Assembly (NCBI GenBank): GCA_040002925.1 | Contig: JBDUDM010000001.1 | Span: 1,794 to 65,793 of the forward strand | DNA length: 64,000 nucleotides | Reading direction: 5' to 3' | DNA from: Spartobacteria bacterium | GTDB lineage: Bacteria > Verrucomicrobiota > Verrucomicrobiia > Chthoniobacterales > UBA10450 | Shown here: in pieces, positions 37,432 to 45,751 of the stretch | Position numbering within the stretch: the stretch's first letter is position 1 | Layout of the letters: each line of letters begins with the position of its first letter | Made by a program: the position numbers and the translations under genes | The notes under the pieces: model-generated | The model's database searches: none | The model's input: only the letters and a program-made list of their open reading frames with translations | Told to the model about the DNA's origin: nothing

Positions 37432-38517
37432 ATGGACAAGATCGACAATGGAACCGCGGGGAAGCGAGCGACATGGACGGGGAAGCGCGAGAGGGTTGAT
37501 GAGGCGGGAGCCGAATCAATCAATCACTCGTTGCCTTGGTTTTCGAACGGCTTTCCGCTCTATCTCGCGCCGATGGCAGGAGTGTCGGACAAAATCTTTC
37601 GGCAAATCTGCAAACGCTACGGCGCCGATGTTCTAACGACTGAATTCGTTTCCTCCGAAGGAATTTTTCGACGCAACGATCGCACGAGCGAATACCTCGA
37701 CTTCGATGAAATCGAGCGGCCCCTCGGCGTGCAACTTTTCGGCGGCAATGCCGAACACATGGCCGAAGCCGCGCGCCAGGTCGTCGACTGGGTCGTGCCG
37801 GACTTTGTCGATCTTAACTTCGGTTGTCCGGTCAACAAAGTTGTCGCGAAGAACGGCGGCTCCGCGTTGCTGAAAGATTGTCCGACACTCGCGAGCGTCG
37901 CCGGCGCAGTTGTTCGCGCGGTCGCGCCGTTGCCGGTCACCGCGAAAATTCGCATTGGTTGGGATGCCGATTCCATCAACGCCGTCCGGGTCGCACATAT
38001 CCTTGTGGATCAAGGCATCGCCGCCATCACCGTCCACGGCCGTACTCGCGCGCAAGGTTATTCCGGCGAAGCGGATTGGAATGTCATCGGCGAAGTGGCC
38101 GCAGCGGTTTCGATTCCAGTGATCGGAAACGGCGATCTTTTCACCCCGATGGATGTCGCGAAGCGTCGGCGCGAAACCGGAATCGCTGCGGCGATGATTG
38201 GCCGCGCCGCGATGAGCGCGCCGTGGATCTTCCAACAGATCAAAGAATTTCTAGCCACAAATACGATTGTCGATCCACCGAACGCGCAGCAAAAGTGGGA
38301 CGTGATCTTGGAACATTGCCGCTTAGCGGTCGACGAATGGGGCGAGGAAGAGCCGGCCATTCGCTCGATGCGTGCGCGATTGATGGCTTACTCGAAAGGA
38401 TTTCCGGCGAGCAAATTATTGCGCGAGAAATTCCAGCACGTCTCCACCTTGCTTGAGCTTGAAGAAATCGCGCATGCGCATTTGCAGATGGCGTTCGAAC
38501 CCGCACTGGCCACTTGA
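37432..38517 (+). CDS. dusB: tRNA-dihydrouridine synthase
   Basis: LYLAPMAGVSDKIFRQICKRYGADVLTTEFVSSEG, DLNFGCPVNKV, TVHGRTR. Two copies of the 12-mer sit at the start codon. Confidence 0.85.
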   Translation: MDKIDNGTAGKRATWTGKRERVDEAGAESINHSLPWFSNGFPLYLAPMAGVSDKIFRQICKRYGADVLTTEFVSSEGIFRRNDRTSEYLDFDEIERPLGVQLFGGNAEHMAEAARQVVDWVVPDFVDLNFGCPVNKVVAKNGGSALLKDCPTLASVAGAVVRAVAPLPVTAKIRIGWDADSINAVRVAHILVDQGIAAITVHGRTRAQGYSGEADWNVIGEVAAAVSIPVIGNGDLFTPMDVAKRRRETGIAAAMIGRAAMSAPWIFQQIKEFLATNTIVDPPNAQQKWDVILEHCRLAVDEWGEEEPAIRSMRARLMAYSKGFPASKLLREKFQHVSTLLELEEIAHAHLQMAFEPALAT

Positions 38518-38520
38518 TCG

Positions 38521-38889
38521 ATGGAAACCGTAGCCACGCCTAACTACAAGATCGGTAACGAGCGTCTAGTTAAAGTGACCGAGGCCGCCGCCGGAAAATT
38601 AATTTCGCTGCTGACAAAACAGGGGCGGCCGCAAGGCGCGCTCCGGGTCGCGGTCATCGGCGGCGGTTGCTCCGGTTTGCAATACAAAATGGACCTCGTC
38701 GACGGCCCCGCGAATCGCGACATCATGGTCCCGACCGCGAACGTCCGTGTCGTGGTCGATCCAAAAAGCGCGCTCTTCGTTAGCGGCTCCGTCCTCGATT
38801 ACAGCGACGACCTGCAAAAAGGCGGATTCAAAGTGACGAATCCGAACGCAGTCGCCCATTGCTCGTGTGGCGAAAGCTTCGCGGCATGA
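38521..38889 (+). CDS. erpA: Iron-sulfur cluster insertion protein (HesB/IscA/ErpA family)
   Basis: 122 aa; [20 protein letters not shown] and C-terminal CSCGESF. Confidence 0.9.
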   Translation: METVATPNYKIGNERLVKVTEAAAGKLISLLTKQGRPQGALRVAVIGGGCSGLQYKMDLVDGPANRDIMVPTANVRVVVDPKSALFVSGSVLDYSDDLQKGGFKVTNPNAVAHCSCGESFAA

Positions 38890-38914
38890 CCGACTTTCTG
38901 GGCAAATAGTCGGC

Positions 38915-39518
38915 ATGAAGATCGCGTTGAAGCCTGAGAATGTCGCGCGGCTGGTGTTCTTCATCCGCGGTGAGAAGGTTATGCTCGATTCCGACCTCGC
39001 CATGCTTTATGGCGTTGAAGCGCGTAGCCTAAACCAAGCGGTCGCAAGGAATCACAAGCGCTTTCCGGCTGATTTCATGTTTCAACTTTCCGAGAAAGAA
39101 TACGAAGACATCCGGTCACAATCTGTGACCACATCCGGAGGGAAAAAGCTTAAGTCATCACAAACTGTGATCTCAAAACCACCAACTTCCGGCGATGCAT
39201 CGCGTTTGAGATCACAAATTGTGACCTCAAAGGGCGGCCGCGGAGGTCGTCGCTATCGCCCATACGCCTTCACCGAACAAGGCGTGGCCATGCTATCGAG
39301 CGTTCTGCGCAGCTCGCGCGCGGTGAGGTAAACATCGCGATCATGCGGACTTTTGTGCAACTCCGGCGATTAATGGACGGCAACCAGGAGCTTGCTCGAA
39401 AAATCAATGCACTTGAAAATAAATACGACGAACAATTCTCTGTCGTCTTTGCCGCAATAAAACAGCTCATCACGCCCCCACCGCGGACAAAAAAAAAGAT
39501 CGGATTCCATTCCGAGTG
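38915..39518 (+). pseudogene. ORF6N-domain (KilA-N-like) protein gene, frameshifted near 39325
   Basis: N-terminal part: [42 protein letters not shown]...[21 protein letters not shown], then a stop at 39329-39331. The conserved continuation [16 protein letters not shown]...LENKYDEQFSVVFAAIKQL is in another frame and ends at 39518. Confidence 0.7.
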
Positions 39519-39980
39519 ACCGATTACTTCACGGTTCTGGAACAGCAGAGAAAACCCTGGCTCGATCCACAAGAGCTGAAGGAAAAATATCACGGGCTCG
39601 CGCGTCGCAGCCAGCCGGACCAGAATGTCAACGAAGCCTACCGGGTCCTCGTCGATCCGAAGCTGCGGCTGCAACATCTTTTGACTTTGGAAGGCGCGCC
39701 GCCGTCGGCTTCATCCACGGAAATCCCGGAGGAGTTGGCCGACCTCTTCATGGCGATCGCGCCGACGTTGCACAAGATCGACATGGTGGATGCAACGCAC
39801 GTCGACGAGCTGATTAATCAAGTTAGAGATTTGAATGAAGAAACGCTGGCGGATGTGCGCGCAATCGATGCGAATTGGAACAAGAGGTTGAGCGAGATCG
39901 AGAAACTATATCGCCGCATTAGTTATTTAAGTCGCTGGTTGGAGTTGCTCGAAGAACGCCGTTTTCAGTTGTCGATCTAA
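39516..39980 (+). CDS. HscB-like J-domain co-chaperone with a degenerate J-domain (QPD instead of HPD)
   Basis: 154 aa. DYFTVLEQ...LKEKYHGLARRSQPDQNVNEAYRVLVDPKLRLQHLLTLEG parallels E. coli HscB, but lacks about 12-14 aa after the HPD position. The C-terminus is helical. Confidence 0.5.
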   Translation: MTDYFTVLEQQRKPWLDPQELKEKYHGLARRSQPDQNVNEAYRVLVDPKLRLQHLLTLEGAPPSASSTEIPEELADLFMAIAPTLHKIDMVDATHVDELINQVRDLNEETLADVRAIDANWNKRLSEIEKLYRRISYLSRWLELLEERRFQLSI

Positions 39981-39982
39981 GA

Positions 39983-39996
39983 TGTTCATTTGAACT
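39983..39996 (+). promoter_or_regulatory. Putative LexA box upstream of lexA
   Basis: TGTTCATTTGAACT lies 35 nt before the lexA ATG. Matches TGTTC-N4-GAACA at 13 of 14 positions. Confidence 0.7.
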
Positions 39997-40030
39997 TGCG
40001 CTGGTTTCGTTAGCCTGCGATGCTGATGTC

Positions 40031-40657
40031 ATGCTCACGCATCGGCAGAAAAGCATTCTCGATTTCATCCAAAGCGAGCAGCGTGAGAAAGGACTCACCC
40101 CGAGCACGCGCGAAATCCAAAAACATTTTCGCTTCGCTAGCCAGACGTCGGTGATGCAATACCTCGCCACCCTGGAGCGAAAAGGTTTCCTTAACCGCCA
40201 CGCCCGCAAAGCGCGCGCGCTCATTACCCCGGTGCAGAAGGTGCGTATTTCCGATATCCCGATTTACGGGCAAATCCCGGCCGGCATGTCAGCGCTGAAC
40301 GAGCAAAGCATCGAAGGCCATATTTCACTCGACAGTCGCTCCGTTAACGCATCGAAAAGCGCCGGGACATTTGCGCTGCGAGTGCGGGGTGATTCGATGA
40401 TCGATGCACACATTCTCGACGGGGACATCGTCATTCTGGAAGACCGCAAAGATGTGCAGAACGGGGACATCGTGGCGGCATTGATCGATGGGGAGACAAC
40501 GCTGAAGCGATTTGTGACGGAACATGGCCGGCCTTATTTGAAAGCAGAGAACCCGCAGTATCCCAATTTGATTCCCGCGCGCGAGTTGCTCATTCAGGGG
40601 GTGATGGTATCGCTCGTGCGCAAACATATTGGTCGACAACGCAAGAAACGAGTTTAA
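40031..40657 (+). CDS. lexA: LexA repressor
   Basis: 208 aa; N-terminal wHTH (REIQKHFRFASQTSVMQYLATLERKGFL), S24 peptidase Ser (VRGDSMIDA) and Lys (TLKRF). Confidence 0.9.
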   Translation: MLTHRQKSILDFIQSEQREKGLTPSTREIQKHFRFASQTSVMQYLATLERKGFLNRHARKARALITPVQKVRISDIPIYGQIPAGMSALNEQSIEGHISLDSRSVNASKSAGTFALRVRGDSMIDAHILDGDIVILEDRKDVQNGDIVAALIDGETTLKRFVTEHGRPYLKAENPQYPNLIPARELLIQGVMVSLVRKHIGRQRKKRV

Positions 40658-40671
40658 TGTTCACTTGAACA
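40658..40671 (+). promoter_or_regulatory. Putative LexA box upstream of imuA
   Basis: The perfect palindrome TGTTCACTTGAACA lies immediately after the lexA stop and 29 nt before the imuA GTG. Confidence 0.75.
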
Positions 40672-40699
40672 TAAACTCAGAACATGCCAATGTCTCCGC

Positions 40700-41350
40700 G
40701 TGGCTGCGCGGAATCCGCTTGTCGATCTTAGGAACCTGCTCGCCGAAAGATTTCCGGCCGCGCTCACGCCGCGCCCCACACATTTATCGACAGGGCTGGC
40801 TTTTCTCGACGCCGCCATCGCGGGCGGGTTATGCAAAGGTGCGATTACCGAGATAATCAGCCCGCAGCTCAGCGCCGGCAGCGCGACTCTTATTGCTGCT
40901 CTGCTGCAAGCAGCGCAACGCGATCGTTACTTTGTCGCGCTCATCGATGGGAGCGATTCGTTCGACCCGCAGCCGCTCGGAAACAATTGTTTGCGTCATT
41001 TGCTCTGGATGCGTTGCGATACAGCGCGCACGGCCATGCAAGCGGCTGATCTGCTCTTGCGCGATGGCAATTTTCCATTGGTGATTGTCGATCTTGTCCT
41101 CAATCCGGCGGAGCAACTTCGAAAAATTCCACAGGCGAATTGGTACCGATTGCAACGTTTGGTCGAGCCGACTTCCAGCGCATGTCTGGTCTTGAGTCGG
41201 CAAAGCATGGTGGCGAGCGCGCAACTTAAACTCGTTCTCGAAAACGCGTGGACGCTTTCGAGCTTTGAGGCCGATGATGCCTTGGCACGGCTGCGCGTTC
41301 GCATTCAACGTTCGCACGCAAGATCGACATGGACGGAAGCGGCCAGCTGA
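40700..41350 (+). CDS. imuA: ImuA (RecA/SulA-like component of the SOS mutagenesis cassette)
   Basis: 216 aa with a GTG start; STGLAFLDAAIAGGLCKGAITEI...LWMRC...AADLLLRDGNFPLVIVDL. It sits between lexA and imuB. Confidence 0.7.
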   Translation: MAARNPLVDLRNLLAERFPAALTPRPTHLSTGLAFLDAAIAGGLCKGAITEIISPQLSAGSATLIAALLQAAQRDRYFVALIDGSDSFDPQPLGNNCLRHLLWMRCDTARTAMQAADLLLRDGNFPLVIVDLVLNPAEQLRKIPQANWYRLQRLVEPTSSACLVLSRQSMVASAQLKLVLENAWTLSSFEADDALARLRVRIQRSHARSTWTEAAS

Positions 41351-41910
41351 TGTTCGCCACCATTTATCTGCCGAACTTTTATCTGCAGGCCGCATTGCGC
41401 CATCAATCGGAATCGCAGGACAAACCCGCGGCGTTGATCGAGGAACAGGAAAAGAAACCGGTCATCATCCAATTGAACGAAGCCGCGGAAGCGGTCGGCG
41501 TGCGCAAAGGAATGACGCCGAGCCAGGCGTTAGCGCGATATTTGCACGTCGTGATTAAAGCGCGGGCGGCGATGAACGAGCAATCGATGCAGGAGATGCT
41601 GCTGCAATCCGCCTTTACGCTTAGTCCGTATGTGGAAGCGACCGCGCCCGGAGTCGCCACTGTCCGGTTTACTGCGTGGCATCGGCATCTTGCCGATGAT
41701 TCATGCGCTGGAAGCGCATGCCACAAAGTTCTGCGCGTGATCGAGCAATTAAGCGAATGCGAGATCAAAGCGCAGGCCGCAATCGCGCGGACGCCGGACA
41801 CGAGTTTTCTCGCGGCCCATTTGGCGCGACCGGTGTTGGAGGTGAACGACGCGAAAGATTTTCTCGGCCCGTTGCCGATCGAAACGCTCGCGCTTACGCC
41901 ATCTCTGTAG
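41350..41910 (+). CDS. imuB: ImuB N-terminal third (Y-family palm/fingers); other half of the split gene
   Basis: MFATIYLPNFYLQAALR... The start overlaps the imuA stop (TGATG). It ends at ...PLPIETLALTPSL, with a TAG supplied by the terminal CTGTAGG of repeat copy E4. Confidence 0.75.
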   Translation: MFATIYLPNFYLQAALRHQSESQDKPAALIEEQEKKPVIIQLNEAAEAVGVRKGMTPSQALARYLHVVIKARAAMNEQSMQEMLLQSAFTLSPYVEATAPGVATVRFTAWHRHLADDSCAGSACHKVLRVIEQLSECEIKAQAAIARTPDTSFLAAHLARPVLEVNDAKDFLGPLPIETLALTPSL

Positions 41911-41965
41911 GGGAAGCTGCCAGCTTCCCGTAAATTCGATGGGACGCTAACAGGGTCCCCTACAG
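41905..41965. repeat. TGTAGG...CCTACA double-hairpin element, copy E4
   Basis: CTGTAGG-GGAAGCTG-c-CAGCTTCC-cgtaaattcgat-GGGAC-gctaacagg-GTCCC-CTACAG. Its reverse complement aligns with copy E3 (30343-30392). Confidence 0.75.
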
Positions 41966-41981
41966 TTTGTCTGTTGCGCTT

Positions 41982-42646
41982 TTAAGAAATTGCTGGCTCT
42001 GGTTTTCGCTCGATCAAAAGTCGGTAAACCAATCCGCCCAGTCCTGCGCCCAGAAACGGACCGATCCAGCAAACCAAGTGATCTTTCCAGAAACCTGCGG
42101 CGAGCGCCGGACCGAAAACGCGCGCGGGATTCATGGCCGCGCCGGTGAGCGGTCCGCCGAATAAGATATCGAGAGTAATTGTCGATCCAATGGCCAGGCC
42201 GGCAACGGCGCGCTGAGCGCGTTCATCGACGGCGGTGCCGTGAACGACGAAGACGAGGAAGAAAGTCAGGATGCTTCGACCAGAATCCCCTGGGCCGGCG
42301 TGAGATTGATCGCCAATTGCGGTGTGCCGGTGACAACTACGTCGCGCGCGAACAAACTGAGACAAATGAAGGCTGCGGCGGTCGCGCCTAACAACTGCGC
42401 GATCCAGTAACGAATGACGTCGCCGATTTTCATGTGCCCGCCGCAGTAGAGACCGAAGGTGACGGCCGGATTGAATTGCCCGTCGGAAATGTGCAGCGTG
42501 GCGCAGACAAATGCGGCGATGGTTAAGCCGTGCGCGACCGCGACGGCGAGGGTGTCGTGACCGGCGGTTTTAATGGCGCCGATGCCGACAAAGATGAGCG
42601 CGAAGGTTCCGATGAATTCAGCAAGACAGGGCCGAAATTTGTTCAT
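41982..42646 (-). pseudogene. MIP/aquaporin-family channel gene, frameshifted near 42275
   Basis: The first NPA half (MNKFRPCLAEFIGTFALIF...GQFNPAVTFG...GILVEAS, then a stop) is in ORF 42266-42646. The second NPA half (ILTFFLVFVV...GAAMNPARVFGPA...) is in the overlapping ORF 41982-42365. A 1-nt indel would join them. Confidence 0.8.
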
Positions 42647-42723
42647 GCCCCGATGGAATCAAATTGCGGGCGCCGTGACAATGGAGATGTCGATCTAACG
42701 AAGGTCAGCGCGATGGACGGACT

Positions 42724-42846
42724 CTGGGGAGCGCACGCGCCCTCGCGTGCTGTTGCGGCGCCCTCGCCGCAACGAACTTTGTCTTGCGAAAAGATGGCGA
42801 TCGCGAGGGCGCAATCGCCAGCACGCGAGGCGCGTGCGCTCCCCAG
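42724..42846. repeat. Long structured palindromic element, copy E5 (123 bp)
   Basis: A 28-bp outer stem CTGGGGAGCGCACGCGCC(C)TCGCGTGCTG / CAGCACGCGAGGCGCGTGCGCTCCCCAG. Inner hairpins are TTGCGGCG-ccct-CGCCGCAA and GGCGAT...ATCGCC. It shares strings with E2 (GCACGCG, GCGGCGCCCTC). Confidence 0.7.
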
Positions 42847-42854
42847 AAAGAGGT

Positions 42855-45308
42855 CTAACCGCCGACGTAGTTAGGATATTTATCGTGGAGCTGCTTGGCC
42901 GCGCGATCTGCTTCGCTGCCTTTGCCAGCGCGTTGGTAGGCGGAAGCGGCTTTTTGCAATGCGCGCGGCGTCACCGCGGGATCGTCGTAAAGCAAGGCAA
43001 CACCCATGAATGCTTTCCCCGCTTCATCGAAATTCCCGCGTTCGATCTGGACTTCGCCCGCAAGTAAGCGCGCTTCGGCGTTAACGCGGCCTTCTGGCTG
43101 GAGCCGCATAATCTCTTCCGCGATTTTCTGCGCGTCGTCGGCCTTATGCGCGCCGACCTTGGCCGCGCCGAGCGCGAGCAATACTTTGGCTTTGCCGGCC
43201 GGGTCGGTCGCGGTTTGCAAATATTTTCCGTAAGCTTCTTCCGCTTCGGGAAAATTCTGGAGCTTGATGGCGGCGTCGCCGAGATAGAACCAGAAATCCG
43301 GTTTGATGTTGGGGGGATTGTCGATCTTGCCGAGCGCGCTCAGATATTTTTCGGCGGCGCGATAATTTTTCTCGTTGTAATACTCGATGCCGAGCCACTC
43401 GAGGATCTCCGGCGGCACGGTCGCGTTCGGCGCAGTCATAAAATTATCGACTTCCTTTGTGACCGCGGGACGGTCGCGCAGACCAAAGTAGGACGAGATG
43501 ATGCGAACAGTCGCCGGATTGTAGTACTGCTCTTTGTTTAACTGCCGCGCCGCATTCAATAGCAGGATCGCCGCCTTGAAATCCTTCGTCTCGAACGCGG
43601 CTTTGCCGATGTAATATTGCGCCTGCGCGGCGACGGAGCTTTTCGGGTATTCCTTGAGCAACTGGCGAAAGGTATCGCTCATTCCTTTGCGATTTTCCTG
43701 CTGGCCGAGGACAAGCGCTTTTTGTTGCAAGGCGGCTTCGCGTTCGCGCGCTTGCGGATACTTCGACAGAATCGTGTTCAGGTCAGCTAAGGCGGCGTCG
43801 TAGTTTTTGGCTTGTTCGTAAACGAGCGCGCGTTGCGCGAAAGCGGAAGGAGCCTGCGCGTTATCCGGGTAGGCCTGGACGTAATAAGTGAAAGCCTCGA
43901 TGATTCCGTTCTCATCCTTCAACTGCAGCTGACACGAACCGAGCTTGTAGGCTGCTTCCGCGCGCAGCTTTGGTGAAAGCTGACCGACGCGCAATTCCGC
44001 ATAGATCGGCGCTGCATCCGCCCACGCTTTTTGTTTGTAGAGCGCTTCGGCTTTCAAAAGCTTGGCTTGATCGGCGCGTTCGGCGGTCGGGTTTGTTTTT
44101 AAAAATTCGTCGACTGCGACCAGGAGATGACCGGGGTCCGAGTTGTAAATATTGATGAGGCGCTGGTATTGCGCGTCTTTCGCTTCATCGCGGCTGGGAT
44201 ACTTGGCGATGATCTCGTCGTAAATAACGCCGGCTTCCCTGGCGTGATTCAATTGCCGCTCGGCGTTCGCGACCAGCAACATCACTTCAGCCCGCGCTTC
44301 TTCTGGGATTTTCTGCTGCTCTTTTTTGTAATCGACGAGTAATTGCGCGTATTGGCCGCTGTAATATTGCAGACGCAGATAGCCGACTTGCGCGATCGCG
44401 CGGAATTTTCCTGCCTCCGGCATGGTTCGGCCTTTTTGTAAAAGGCTGGCCGCTTTATCGATAATTCCCTTATCGACCTTGCCTTTCTCAGCCTGGACAA
44501 GATCGACAGCGATCACGCCGCCACGCACCGCTGCTTCCGCTTTCAACGCGGGCTTCTGCGCTTCGTTTGCCAGCGCCTCATATTGCTTCAACGCGTCGAT
44601 CTTTTTCCCGCGCGAAAACAAAATCGACGCGGCGGCGTACCGGCAATCATCGCGGTACGGGTTCGCGCCTTTCGCGTCGATGACCTGTAGATATATCCCA
44701 CACGCTTCGTCTTTTTTGTCGAGCGCCTCGAAACAGCGCGCTTCGAAATAACGCGCGGAAAGCGCAATGGATGGCTCCTTTGACTTCGCCGCCGCGCGAT
44801 GAAACAGCGGTAAGGCGGCGCCAAAGTTTTTTTCGTTGAAGGCGGTCTCGCCGAGAACATAGGCGGCGGGTCCGGCGAAATCGCTCTCGGGATAATTGTC
44901 GAGGACAGCCTGAAACGCTTTGCGCGCGGGACTGTTCTTATTTAGGGCGCGGTAACTCTCGCCCAGAAAAAAATAGGCGGTGGCGCGCCCGGAGCCATTT
45001 GGATATTGATCGATGTATTTTTCGTACTCGGGAATCGCGAGGTCGTACAACTTCTGATGGAAGAGACCTTCAGCGTACTCGAGCTGGCGTTGCGCCGGCG
45101 GTTCAGTTGGCGCCGCTGATGGCTCGGCCGATTCCGCAGAAGAAGATGTCGATCTTTCATTCGGTTCCGGTGCATCCGGCGGAAGTGCGCGGGCGACGGG
45201 AGGGTCTTCCGCCGGTCGAGCGCGGCGCACCGGCTGATTCTGCGCGACAGCCGAAGTGATGATTAAAGCAAAGGCGACGACGCCATTCGCGCGATGCGCG
45301 ATTTTCAT
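42855..45308 (-). CDS. Large TPR-repeat protein with signal peptide
   Basis: About 817 aa from MKIAHRANGVVAFALIITSAVA, with many TPR units (YxxAxxxFxxxLxxYP). The ATG overlaps the exbD stop (ATGA). Confidence 0.8.
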   Translation of the reverse strand: MKIAHRANGVVAFALIITSAVAQNQPVRRARPAEDPPVARALPPDAPEPNERSTSSSAESAEPSAAPTEPPAQRQLEYAEGLFHQKLYDLAIPEYEKYIDQYPNGSGRATAYFFLGESYRALNKNSPARKAFQAVLDNYPESDFAGPAAYVLGETAFNEKNFGAALPLFHRAAAKSKEPSIALSARYFEARCFEALDKKDEACGIYLQVIDAKGANPYRDDCRYAAASILFSRGKKIDALKQYEALANEAQKPALKAEAAVRGGVIAVDLVQAEKGKVDKGIIDKAASLLQKGRTMPEAGKFRAIAQVGYLRLQYYSGQYAQLLVDYKKEQQKIPEEARAEVMLLVANAERQLNHAREAGVIYDEIIAKYPSRDEAKDAQYQRLINIYNSDPGHLLVAVDEFLKTNPTAERADQAKLLKAEALYKQKAWADAAPIYAELRVGQLSPKLRAEAAYKLGSCQLQLKDENGIIEAFTYYVQAYPDNAQAPSAFAQRALVYEQAKNYDAALADLNTILSKYPQAREREAALQQKALVLGQQENRKGMSDTFRQLLKEYPKSSVAAQAQYYIGKAAFETKDFKAAILLLNAARQLNKEQYYNPATVRIISSYFGLRDRPAVTKEVDNFMTAPNATVPPEILEWLGIEYYNEKNYRAAEKYLSALGKIDNPPNIKPDFWFYLGDAAIKLQNFPEAEEAYGKYLQTATDPAGKAKVLLALGAAKVGAHKADDAQKIAEEIMRLQPEGRVNAEARLLAGEVQIERGNFDEAGKAFMGVALLYDDPAVTPRALQKAASAYQRAGKGSEADRAAKQLHDKYPNYVGG

Positions 45309-45712
45309 TTTGCCGTGGCAAACGCGACGTTCGTGACGCCGGCTTCGCTGCAAAGATTTAGGACCGAGACAATGTTTCGGTAGGCCCCGGCTTCGTCGCC
45401 GCGGATAACGACCGCCTGCTCAGCATTCAGCTGCACGAGGTTCCGGAGCAGATCGCTCAGTTCCGGACCGGACAACATCCGCCGATTTACCACGACATTG
45501 CCGTCGCTCTTCACGTTGACGACGACGTCGCCGATCGGCGCCGCTTTTTCTTTCGCGGCGTTCGCCTTCGGCACTTTGACATCCAGCTCGTTTTCGTTAC
45601 GCGCCGCGTTCCACGTCATCAAAAAGAAAATGAGCAACAGGAGAAGAACATCGACCAGCGGCGCGAGCTGAATGCCGGGATGATGAGGGATGGCGCGGCC
45701 GCGGAGGTTCAT
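45305..45712 (-). CDS. exbD: ExbD/TolR-family biopolymer transport protein
   Basis: 135 aa; QLAPLVDVLLLLLIFFLMT TM segment and a periplasmic domain. Confidence 0.85.
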   Translation of the reverse strand: MNLRGRAIPHHPGIQLAPLVDVLLLLLIFFLMTWNAARNENELDVKVPKANAAKEKAAPIGDVVVNVKSDGNVVVNRRMLSGPELSDLLRNLVQLNAEQAVVIRGDEAGAYRNIVSVLNLCSEAGVTNVAFATAK

Positions 45713-45751
45713 GGTGGGAAAACGGAAACGCTCGCTAAGATCGACAATCGA

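Noticed and set aside
42530-42874. 114-aa plus-strand ORF across the aquaporin start and element E5
   Set aside because: It is composed mainly of the translated palindrome and antisense sequence, with no start context or motifs.
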